A stretch of DNA of 63,650 nucleotides, the filler included, from Reticulomyxa filosa (taxonomy: Eukaryota > Protista > Foraminifera), in assembly GCA_000512085.1 (NCBI GenBank). It is 22 parts of 22 records of this genome, joined end to end, with 100 filler letters (N's around TTAATTAATTAA, not from the genome) between each part and the next. Parts side by side here need not be neighbours in the genome. Positions count along the whole stretch, not along the records: positions 1 to 5,692 come from ASPP01004230.1; positions 5,793 to 15,245 come from ASPP01004984.1; 20 more parts are not named here. One strand, 5' to 3'. A model generated the notes under the pieces. It saw nothing but the letters and a program-made list of their open reading frames with translations, ran no database searches and was not told where the DNA came from. Positions within the stretch are counted from its first letter, which is position 1, and each line of letters begins with the position of its first letter. The position numbers and the translations under genes were made by a program. Of the stretch, positions 1 through 12,396 are shown piece by piece.

Positions 1-43
1 ACTCCTTTTCTGTTTCGAATAGCATAAATAAAATTGGTGATTA

Positions 44-313
44 TCAAGAGCAGTCGAACCAGCCAAGAGTTTCATTAATAAAGTGATAGTATTTCTTATC
101 ACTTTTGAAATGATCACCAACTGTCAAAAAAGGGTCTTTTTGACACGATGGATAAAAACGATTTTTATTTTCTTTTATGACAGCGTGCAATGCTGAGACA
201 TCACTGTTTGAAGCGTTTTGCTCAAATGCTTGAATAAATGTTCTACTTACGTGGCAGAAAATTAATACAGCAATTATGCCGCAATATTTTGAGGTTATTT
301 TCAAATTTGTCAA
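44..313 (-). pseudogene. Possible secreted-protein remnant ending in a C-type-lectin-like opening motif
   Basis: Hydrophobic N-terminal stretch (GIIAVLIFC) and KKYYHFINETLGWFD, resembling the YxFxxxxxxWxD start of C-type lectin domains, followed by a stop. Weak. Confidence 0.2.
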
Positions 314-585
314 CAGCCCAAAAATTTGTGCTTTTCAAGTTATCAACGGAAACATACAAATGAAAAGTGTCAAAAAAGAAATATGTTTGAAACCTTGCGA
401 TAATTTTGTGATAGATCTAAAATCCAAAAAAAAAAAGATAAACAATAAGTAACCAAAGCAAATAAAAAATATCGACTGGGGCTGTGTTCTTCGTTTTGCA
501 TTTCCAACAACGGCACTCAAAAAAAAAAATTGAAGGAATTGATTTGTGATTCTATTGTTTTCTGTTATCTTATGATAAATTGATT

Positions 586-1563
<978 letters not shown>

Positions 1564-1752
1564 TTATTATTCTTTTATGTTGTGGAAGGGAGAAAGATCC
1601 TTGTAACGTTCCACGACGTGTAGATTTTTTTTTGATTTTCAAAATATTGGTAAAACAATGAGCTCATGAAAAAATATTGCAACAGGGCTAATTTCCTAAT
1701 GATTGATGAAATAAAAGACAATGAATATTGCTTTTTTAAAAAGCGACTAGCT

Positions 1753-3314
1753 TTATTCGGGAATAAAGCCCCAGTGAGTAAAATCGAAGTCCTGAATCAA
1801 GAGTTGAGGAAACAAGGCAAGCAATTCATACAGTTTTTGATGGCAAGGAGATAACAATGTCTCAATCATGGCAATACTCTCATTAGATAGAGACATGTTG
1901 TTAAAGTTGTTACTTGCCCTCTTTCCACTCCTTCTTTGTCTAAATTTTGCCCGCAGCTTGTCATTCGGAACCCTATGCTTGATAGGGTACGACTTTGACT
2001 CTTGATCTTCACTGTCACTGTCACTTTTCATTGTCTTGGCACTGACACTATTGAACAACCTTCGCGAATTGGATTGATCTTCTCCGCAACCAATCAGTCA
2101 CATAATCAACCAATCAATTGTAACATAAATATGTTTGTTGGTTGGACACAGCTAAACTTAGATTCACGTTTTGGATTAGAGGCCGATATTGTGATTGAAA
2201 ATGGCCGTGAGAGAGAGCCGCTTTGAAATTAAATCTTTGTAAATTGTGGTAGTATTTTTCGTTTCGAACACATCGCAGACGTTTAGTCCAGCATATCAGA
2301 TCATCCACAATTTCCTGTAACTTTGCATCGTTGTTGAAAAAGTGTTCGGATTGGATGACCCGAAAGCGGTTCAAGGGGTCGTCAATGGTATACAGCCAAA
2401 ACATCAAAGGCACAATGTGACAAGAAGCACCCAAGGCCGTGCGAACCAAATCGACTGTGTGAAAGATTTTCAAACACGCAAAAACCACACAATTTTCTTG
2501 TTGTATATTGTGTATCTCTTTCAAATGACATAAGTTCGGGTGTCCATAAAAAAGTTTGCAAAGAGGACACCAAAAAAAAAAAAGACAAAAAAGCTGTTAG
2601 AAACTCGGAGAGCAAGACATTTTGGAATTTTGCAATATTTGTTTCTCCTCTTCGCATAATCGGGTAGCACCTTGCAAATAGGACTGATACAACTGGAACA
2701 ACTCTTGCCATCGATGAATAGAATCGAGCTGCGACGCGGTGACGTGGGTGGTGTTTGGAATGAGAGAGAAAGAGGAGAGATAGTGATATGTTTTATATGG
2801 ATTGTCGACAAGGACATCGACAATGGATTGCGTGGTGATATGCTGATCCAAAAATTCGATCATTTCGACAAATGGGTCCCACACGTATTTATGGGTCCAC
2901 ATATGTTCCAAATACGTGTTTACTTCTCCATATCTGTCCGGAAGCGTCTCGCGCTCGTCTCCAATGAAATACAAGTAGTTGGAGAGTAGTCTTTTCCGTG
3001 GGTCGCGTAAGGTCACAAACAACTTGGTTCCCATTCCATTGCCTGGGTACGACTGCTTTCTGATGAACAGCTCATTAAACAAATACGCGATAAAAGGGAC
3101 GTGAAAATAAGGAACCGCTTTCCCACATCTCCAAAGGTTTGAAAACGTTAGATCAAATCCATTTATTGCGTAGCTGCCCCTTTCATAAGGATCCATTCTT
3201 TCTTTTTTGTAAGTTACAATTGTTTATATTTATTTAACACATTTTTATCAATTTTTTTTTTTTTTCACATTAAAACGTATACTATTAATTGTGGTAGTAC
3301 TTTATACTCTGTCT

Positions 3315-3357
<43 letters not shown>

Positions 3358-4360
3358 GTTGTTGATTGTATTAACTAATTTTTTGATGTGACGCCCTCGA
3401 ATTGTTCACTGAGTCTTGCTCGGCACCAGGTCCATCCCCGCTTCGCACGTAAATATCTTGCATTCTGATATAAAACAATGACAAGAATTGACCGCGATCA
3501 CAAAAGAGGGACTGACGCCTACGGTGTATGTGTGCGGGACCATTCATTTCTATGTTTTTGTTGTTTATGCCCACGGGAAAACGTTTTTCAAAGTGTGCAC
3601 GTAATTGCTCTGGACTTTCGAATAGCTCGCCTTCAAATCAATTATTTCAAGGAATGAAAGTGAACGATTTAATTTTTTTTTTTTTAAATTATTAATGTAC
3701 ACTTTGCACATGCATATACACATATATACATATATATATATATATGTTTATACGTATATTTTTTTTAGACCAAACGAAACTACTTACCACAATGGGCTAA
3801 ATTCCATATTTCTACTTTTTTTGTTCGAACGAACTCAGAACTTGCCCACAATTTCATCATCACACTGGTGGAACCGCTTTTTGCTAACCCTAGTCCAAAT
3901 AATGCAAGGTCAGGAATTGTATGGTTTTTCCAATATGTATTAAATGATCTTTTGTCTTCTTGTTCATCCTTCGCTTTTTATTATTGATTTGTCGTGTCAT
4001 TGTTTGCTCAATATTGATATACACCTGTATCATATGGAGGATGTAACTGATTAGTATTTGTTCCAGTCCTTTTCCTACAATTTTTGATGGCTTTCTCTTG
4101 TTCTCACTTTTTACAGAACTCTCTTTACGTTTTTGCTCTTCATGCTGTGGTCTTAACACTGTGATGTTATCTGAAGCAAAGAAAGTCTTTTGTTTTTTCT
4201 CAGAGCCTTCTAATAGCTCAGACATTTTTGTCAAATCAGATTGTTTTGCAGAATCAAACAAAAGATCTCCAAAATATACTAGCTGTAATAAACACAGGCA
4301 GATGACTGCAAGAAAAAAACATTCTGACAGAGAGATTGTCCTCCAAGATAAATTAGACAT
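1753..4360 (-). CDS. Type II membrane (Golgi-type) PAPS-dependent sulfotransferase, multi-exon
   Basis: N-terminal TM (FFLAVICLCLLQLVYFG). 5'-PSB loop LFGLGLAKSGSTS (~3865-3905, not in the ORF track). 3'-PB motif VTLRDPRKRLLSNY, RFRVIQSEHFF, and C-terminal LLSPCHQKLYELL..FDFTHW. Phases of the first exons join consistently. Confidence 0.85.
3319..3357. repeat. (ATT)n microsatellite inside a sulfotransferase intron
   Basis: About 12 tandem ATT units. Confidence 0.9.
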
Positions 4361-5074
4361 CCGTTGTAAGAAAAATTTCCGGGATACGTAAAACACAACC
4401 ACAACATTAAGTTATACTGTAGCCGGATATTCTTGTTTGCGTTGTTGTTTACAAATTTGATCATATTTTTTCTTTTTTTTATTGTGTTAAACTTGTTGTC
4501 ATGAGACTGACAATTAACTGATAAATTTTTTTTTAAAAGTACTGAGCTGTGTCAATTTATTATAATTTTACAATTTTGTTTATTATTTCATTCAATGATT
4601 TACATTTAGTTTCTATTATATTGATACATTTTCATATTAATTTTGCAAATTAAGAGATAAAATTTTTTTAAAATAACATAAATATATAGTCTTATGAGGA
4701 ATAATAAAATGCTCATTAAAAGAGATAAATAATTAAATTTTATTTTTTGCTTTTTAATGGAAAAACGCAAACATACGTTTGAAATCACGATTACGACCAT
4801 GCAATTGCCTGCTTTATAAAGGGTTTAGTGATCACACTTTGTTGATACTGGAAGAAGACCACTCTTTGAATTTTTTTTCTATGTAGTGATATGCCGATTT
4901 CGAGTCATCAATGTATGATACATTTATTTGAATGATTATCAATGAGTAGTGATGTGATGGCACGTTTATTTGGAAGATTGTTGCATTCAGCAATTTCAAA
5001 TTTCGATTTTTTTTTAGTTTTTCATAAACCTAAATTAGTTAATGTTGATTGTTGACTATTGCCAACAAAAAATT

Positions 5075-5668
5075 TTAATTTTTGATGGAATATATATTTT
5101 CACAAATAATTGACAAAATTAGCAAAACAAAAGAAAAGAAAATGATTATATATTTTTGTTTTTCCATCGACGTGAGCTTATTCAATTTACGAGCTCCAAG
5201 CCACGCCATCAACAAATGTGCTATTGATTTCATTGTATAAAAGTGAAGTGTAAAAAAAAGGAAAGAAGCAAAAACAAAGCAAAAAAACATACGATTTAAT
5301 GCCAGTAGGGAACACGGAAAAGAACACAGTGAGAACCGTCAATCCAACAACGACTTGTAAAGGCGCATTGAAAACCTGAGGTGATATATCTTGAGTGAGC
5401 ACCGTTAATATGATATGGTCGATCAAAGATTCGGATTTTTTGAGGTACACCGCATCTTGGATTTTGGAGGCAACAAAGGGCTCTTTAGTGTTTTGCGTGG
5501 GTGCTGATCGGTCTGCCTCCTGCCCATTTGCAATGAGTAATATATCAGCATGAAGTTTAGTTGATCCACGAGCAACAATACTTTTTTGGGATTTGTGAAT
5601 TTCTTCAAAGTCCAAAGCACTGTCAATGACCTGCTCATCTTTTGCCGACGAGACACGTCGATAATATA
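5075..5668 (-). CDS. 3' fragment of a hypothetical protein with C-terminal TM segments
   Basis: ORF 5187..5615 with hydrophobic segment LQVVVGLTVLTVFFSVF and a probable last exon; 5' end cut by a linker. Confidence 0.4.
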
Positions 5669-5900
5669 CTTTTAATTTCTTTTTTTTTTTTTNNNNNNNN
5701 NNNNNNNNNNNNNNNNNNNNNNNNNNNNNNNNNNNNTTAATTAATTAANNNNNNNNNNNNNNNNNNNNNNNNNNNNNNNNNNNNNNNNNNNNTAGACTTC
5801 CTAACTGCAGTTGAAGTATAACATTATGAAAAACATTGGACAAGCAATTGCATTCGAGATTGAATGAAAAGAGTAAAACTTTTTTAGATAACAAAAGAGA

Positions 5901-6383
5901 TCAGAAATAATTTATATTGGCGTCTGATTTTGGCTGCTCCAATTTGATTGTATGTGGTAATAGTTGCTTGTCAAATAACTTTAAATCTCTTTGAATTCTT
6001 TTTTTATAGCTTCTCACAGCCTGAATACTCATATCTATTGTTTCTATCATTTCATCACTTTCATTCAACAGTCGTGTTTCATACTTGTGCAAGCGTTTAA
6101 GCTCCTTTGAAGCGTTTTTAAGCTTTTTACTATCAATCTCTTTCTTATTTTCGTTAATTGTCATTTTTTTTTTTGAGTCATTGTCAGCTCCACTAATTTT
6201 TGGATCTTGACAACCTTCCATCAAAGCCATCACCTTTTGAAATTGCGTGTCCACTTTGTCTTCTAAGATTTGGCTTGTTTCGTTTGATTTTTGAAGACAA
6301 TCCATCAACCTGATCATTTCACGAGGCAGCCCGTCCAACATTTCTGCCAAACGGTCAACAAATAACTCGGATCTTTCCTCCAT
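5901..6383 (-). CDS. ING (inhibitor of growth) N-terminal-domain-like coiled-coil protein
   Basis: LFVDRLAEMLDGLPREMIRLMDCLQK resembles the ING-N consensus (YLEDYLxSIExLPxELQRNFxLMRELD), followed by coiled-coil helices; no PHD finger visible. Confidence 0.6.
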   Translation of the reverse strand: MEERSELFVDRLAEMLDGLPREMIRLMDCLQKSNETSQILEDKVDTQFQKVMALMEGCQDPKISGADNDSKKKMTINENKKEIDSKKLKNASKELKRLHKYETRLLNESDEMIETIDMSIQAVRSYKKRIQRDLKLFDKQLLPHTIKLEQPKSDANINYF

Positions 6384-6796
6384 CAATGTGTGGCTTTGGT
6401 TTTAGATTTTTTCAATGATAAAATTTAGGTTATATATAATTTTGCTGTGATTTGAGGTGTTTGATGAAATTATGCTCCTTTTTTTTTTAAGTTGGTCTGC
6501 CTGTAACTGATAGTCTCTTAGCTTGAGGATTAAAACAAAAAAACAACTTCATGTGCAACAAACGTTCAGTTTACAAAAAAACGCTCATTAGCTACAATTC
6601 AATTGACCTTTCAAGATTAGAGCGAAATGTAATAGTAACAAAATAATTATTTGTTGAAAATTAATTAAAAAAAAATTAGAGAAAAAATCAAGACATGTCG
6701 CTTTTAAAAACAGCAGTAAAAGATGGGAGGAAAGGAACACACACAAGTTTTCAGCAACAACAAACAGAGAACAAAGCAACACAAAAGAGAACAGAG

Positions 6797-9050
6797 TTAT
6801 TCTGTGTCGAGAATTTCTTGTAGAAATGGATGAATGTAAGTAGATTTAGAAGTTCTATCTCGGTTGTTCAAAATGGACACGGCCTTGTCAACAGCATTTT
6901 TCGAGACAGATTTATTTGAATCAGGATAGCCTTTGGCTTTCAATTGATTGGCTTTGTCTTTGCGTTCTTGAAGTGTTTCACATTTATACAAATACCTCAA
7001 TGCCTTCTTCACGTCATCATCGCTCTAATTTGCGTTATATTGTATTGTCCTCTCTTATGTGTGTGTGCGTATATAATTTAGAGGAGATAAGATGAAGCAA
7101 AGAGTCAAAACAGCTTCAAAGGAAGGTGGAGTAGGCTCTGGGGAGGGATCGACCCTGCCAAAATTGGGTTTGATATCATCTTCAGTAAGAACAGTTTTGG
7201 GTTCGGATTGGACAGAGGCTTTGTTTTTGCAAAGAAAGCATCCTCGAATGGCAACAAAGAAGACGAGTGCGAATTCACAGACGTAAGTGATATACCATTG
7301 TTTGACAAAGGTTAAGCACAAGTCATTGCGCGTGTGATGATACAATCCATTCAACGACGAGCATTGCAAACACAGGAGTTCGTTGGTACTCTGTTTCATG
7401 AACTGTTGATAATCCATCAGGAGTTGTGTGGACTCGTTCTGTGAAATGACGTGGACAACACGAACGACCAATGTGAACATAACACAAAGAAGAGATACAC
7501 ATATATGTATGCGTATGTATGTATGTATGTAAATATAAAAAACCTGAGGGACTCCATAGGAAGAGCCATTATAATAATACCACAGCACTGAAGAGTTAAT
7601 GAGCGACATGCCTGCCTGCGCCTCTGTCATATCGAAAATCAAGGGATTGTACGAGTGTGCGTCGTCACAGTACAAATAATAGTTGACAATTTGGTAAGTT
7701 GTCACGGCTTGGTCGTGTTGCGACGAATACGCCAAGGAGTTGTTCACCACTTGCAATACGCTATCTTCGCTGTTGCTACACGCGTCGGACACTTGAACGG
7801 AATACGCAAATTGGATGGACGCCAAGCACCAAACGCAGAATAGCGCCATGCCTAAACAGAGTGAAACGCTGCCGTTCAAGCACACCCAGCGTGTCACTGC
7901 AATTGACTTTGTGCTGCAGCTCTTTTCACATGCACGTTCGCACATGCACACATATACATATACATATACATATATACAAATGATTCGTGAATGTTACCCA
8001 AACACAGAAATGGCTTTGATAAATTGTATGCATTGTGAATGTATGCTTACCAGTAGGAGCACAGCAGCAACGCATGCAACCATGGCCAATTGCAATATGT
8101 AAAACACGTCTCGATATGTATCGACTTCAGACGTGTCCCCCCAGTGAACTGTATTTGCGGTTTCGAGGAGTTCTGACGAAAAATTTGTTGCCTCTGCGTA
8201 GGACTTCATTATTAGTTGACTTCTTGTCTTATTTGGTTCTGTCGTCATATTGTAAATCGTTACACTTAATTGGTACCCCCTTTTTTTTTTTTTTTTTTAT
8301 CAAAAGTTCAAGTTTTTGTCATGTTGTTTCATTTTTTTTTATTTAATTAAAAAAAAAAAAAAAAATTGATTGGTTTGATCCTTTTGTGAAATGACTTTAT
8401 CACCATAACTTCAAAAGCACGTCTGACATGTTTTGGCCCAAACGAATACACGGACGATATGCAGTTTGGTAACTGTCCGTCCAATCGTTTTCGATTTGTT
8501 TCATAGTGTCGTTCATTTGATACGCATATGAGATCGCGGCTGCCATACAACCGATGGCAAATACAGACAAGATCCCTCGACTGACCTTGCGCATGGGCTC
8601 AGCTTTTTATCTTGCTTTGCTTTGCTTTTTGGTCCATTCTCTTTGTCATCCGACTCGATTAGGTTTTCTCTCAATTCGTCATTGCCGTTATCATCTGTAT
8701 CTCCGGCCAATCTTTGTATTTGGTTGGGCGGAGATTCATCCACAAGTTTCGTTGTTAAATGGACCACTGGCTTGCCACTGTTTATACTTCCATCTCGCAA
8801 TGGCAAATAGCCTTGCTTTCTCTGATCTTTCTTACGACAACAAAATGAAAATATTATGCATGTGCACAAGATTAAATATAGCAGTCCGGCAATACTTGGC
8901 GCGATCCAAAACACTTGAATTGACTCCTGGTACGAGTTGTTGCTCCCCCAAACATCTCCCCAACTCTTTTGGTGCTTGAAAGTGATTTGAAACTTTTTTT
9001 AAGGAAAGATCATAGTGTGACAAGCCATGGAGGAGACTGTATATTGTCAT
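6797..9050 (-). CDS. TTYH: Tweety-family (TTYH) multi-pass membrane protein, multi-exon, with two single-base frame breaks
   Basis: LLHGLSHYDLS..F....SYQESI at the N-terminus, TM1 followed by CCRKK, then SDACS, VNYYLYCD..YNPL and LQCSSLNGLYHHTRNDLC, all in TTYH order. Confidence 0.85.
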
Positions 9051-9259
9051 TTTTTTTTACAACTACACTTTTTAAACTCTTCCTTCCCTTCGTTCTAAAA
9101 AAGTTACCCAATATTTTCTCTACAAAAAAAAATTAAAATTAAGAAAATTTAAACGTAACAGCTGTTCCTCAAGTAAATAAGACAAATAGAAATTCACTCG
9201 TTTTAGTTGAAAACTCCGAGTTGTCAACAGGTAAAAACTACTGAAGGTCCAAGATAATA
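9051..9259. promoter_or_regulatory. Short (~209 bp) bidirectional promoter region between Tweety and LMBRD2
   Basis: Head-to-head ATGs at 9050 (-) and 9260 (+) on one contig; contains AGCTGTTCCTCAAGT, which is also found upstream of GGH. Confidence 0.7.
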
Positions 9260-12076
9260 ATGGTGGGCATTATTATCCTGATCTACGCGATTGCGAGTTC
9301 ATTGGCATTGGTCATTTGTATAACTTGGATTCTGAGACATTTTGCTCATGGATCAGTGAGTTTCGAAGTGTTGGCGGTGGTGTGGTTGTCATGGGTCTTT
9401 AGCATGATTCTGATATGTATTTTGCCGCTGGATTTGGTGCCAGCATTGGTGGACACAGCAGCACTCTATCCATTTTATGCGTCTTTATATTGGATAGCTT
9501 TCATGCTTGCCTGGGTAATTGCGCCTCTGCTACAAGGGTAAGCCAGATTGACACTGTTGATATTTTGTCTTGTTCTTCCTTGTTTTGCATAAAGATAATT
9601 AAAAAAAGGTACAAAATGTCCGGATGTTTTACACCACGTGGAAAATTTTTAGACTCACTTCGAATAAATGTCTTGTTTTATGGTGTTGTTGAGTTTGTTT
9701 CCTTTTTTTTTTTGTTTTTTATTGGATCCATTATTTTATTTTTTTATTTGCAAAAAAAAAAAGAGAGAAAAAAAAAGGGGTACACATTATAGCCGCGCAT
9801 TATTTGATAGCAAAAAAAAAAAAGGGGGTCGAACACAAGACGTTGAATGTGTGTTTTATGTGGCAGTGGATAGGAGCAATGGTAATAGGATTTTTTTATT
9901 TGTTATTTACAACGCATTTGAGCACAAGCCAAGTATTAGCATTGGCACAGTCGTTAGGTAATCTGTTTGGACTAATGTTGGCGATAATAACGGTAGGCTA
10001 CGGCCTGGTTGAGATTCCACGCTTTTTTTGGCATCGATCCAACTACGAAAAGAGAATCCAGCATTTGATATGGAAATTGGCACAATTACAAAACGAAAAG
10101 GACGACGCAAATGATCGTGTCGATGAATACGTACACTTTTTTCAACGCATTGAAAAAAAGTGCGGCAAAGATGAGAGCAGTGAAATGGATATCACACAGA
10201 TACAATCACGAGGACGAGGAGCACTGTTGCGCGAACAAAGACAAATTGTCAAAGACCTTTTACTTACGCATAATTTGTATGACAAACAAATACCAAGTCC
10301 CGATATCACGCAAGAACAAATCCAACAGCAAATTGAACGTGGAAATATCCAAGAGAAATTACTAGGTTTGTTTGATTGGAATTAGTATACGTTTGAACGA
10401 CAATCAGATCATTGTTTTGTTGTTGTTGTTGTTGTTGTCGACGTTCGAATAGTAAGAATTCACGCTGAATTGAAAGTTTGGCTTTTTGAACTCGAACGAA
10501 GTGAAGCGTGGTGGTACAAAACAGCGCATGATATCTTGGTGTTGCAAATGTCTTTGAAGCAGAAAAACAAAGAATTAGCAATGGGCAATTCTCTGCAGCA
10601 CTCGAATATTGAAAAGCAATTGTCTCAGGCTGCGAAAAATTCGAAACACACTGCGAGTATGTTCTATTCGATTAAAACGAGGAAGACAAGGAAGAGGAGG
10701 GTCATGCACAATGTGTCTTTTTCGACACGCTATTGAAATTTTTTTTTTAAAAAAAAGAAAAAGTGGGAGTCAAAGAAGAAGAAGAAGACGATGACGACGA
10801 TGATGAAGATGAAAACCAAAATGACGATGAAGAAACACAAACGGAAGAAGATACCGATTTGACATTGGTGTTGAACACAGTTGTTCAACCTTCTTATGAT
10901 GAAATGTTACAAATGAATATTATCAATCGATGCTATTGGTTTGGTTACACGTATATAGTGCCGATCCTGCAGAAAATATTTGCAGTATTTTTGGGACTTT
11001 TATCACTTGCTATCATTTGGTCCGAAATTGCATTGGCATTTAATGTCAACTTTTCCATTTTCGCGATTGTCGCCAATCACACCAGGTTTGTACCCTATCT
11101 TTACCTTTGCTCACATTAAAACAGGGTGAGATTCTTTTTTTAATGTACCCTTGCGTCAACTTCTATTTGTCTACAATTGTTTCGCAAAACAAAAAAATAG
11201 TAACAATATTGGCAAGCTTATCTTTGGTTCGATGATGTTTGCATACGCGAGTACATGCTCGCTATTTTCGCTGTGGCGATTGCGCCTTGGACAACTTTAT
11301 CATATGCACTCGCATCATCTAACAGACGAAAGCTCTTTGTTATCAAATGCAGCATTTTGCACCCGACTCATGTATTCCTTGGGATTCAACTTCATTTTGG
11401 TAAGCAATGCAAGCAATCGATCCTCTTACTCCAAGCTCTTCACGCAAATGAATCGACTGCCTTTGTTGGGCAATCCCGTCAACACTTTTTTACCATTTCT
11501 CATCTTTTTGTTTTGTTTGACCACGTGGTTCAATTTGTACGGCAAAGTTTTAAAGTATTTGAGAATCTCTCGCTTTGAGTATGGAGATCCTAACAGTTGA
11601 AATGTATCGAATAGCAATGTGCAAATTCAATGTACAACGCAGTAGGTATTGCTTGTGTTTGGTGGGTTGATAGAGTCTCGAGAAGTTGCAGAGCAAATCG
11701 CCGTTGGAGAAACTCTAATGCAAAAATTCAAACGCTCTTTGCGATCCGATAATGAATTACGAGAGAAGTTTGAAGCACAATTCAGTAAATGGACGTCTCA
11801 ATCTCTTCAAGTGCCTTCTCCAAAACACTCCAAATCTAATGTAACTGCACAATTTACGAATCAACACAAAGCCACTACGAAAAGCACGAAAATTTCGGTT
11901 ACACAAGACAAATCAAAAAAGAAAGGTACGCTCTTTTATTTGTTGCGTTTAATGTCTCCATATCTCATTGCATTTATGCTTTTGTTTTGAATATAGATCC
12001 CACAAATCGTCACAGTGTTTTGGAGTTAGGAAAAATTAACAATGACAAGAAATTAAATAAAAATGTCTTCAAATAA
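9260..12076 (+). CDS. LMBRD2: LMBR1-domain membrane protein (LMBRD2-like), multi-exon
   Basis: ILPLDL; LYWIAFMLAWVIAPLLQGYKMSGCFT..KF..SLRIN; LGNLFGLML..GYGLVEIPR; YHMHSHHLTDESSLL..AAFCTRL; FLP..FNLYGKVL. Exon phases consistent; stop at 12074-12076. Confidence 0.9.
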
Positions 12077-12396
12077 AATTTGGAAATGCACTTTTTTTTT
12101 GTTTGCTTGTGCATGTTTGATTTTTTTTAAACCGGTCTGCGTTTGCTTTATTTATTGATTGATGACTTTTTTGTGTGTGTTTGGAAGTTATTATTAATCA
12201 CCATTTTTATGTTGTTAGAGCTTATGTGGTTCATTTATTTTTTTCCATTCTTGGCGCAACAACACAAACAAACTTTCGTTATAGTTTAAAGTTTGCTCTG
12301 TCAAGTAAGTTTCTACATGTTTTGATTTGTTTTGAAGAACCTTGTTGCCTTTTAGACGTCCTGTTCAAGAAAGTCATTGCAACGAAATAAGGCAAC

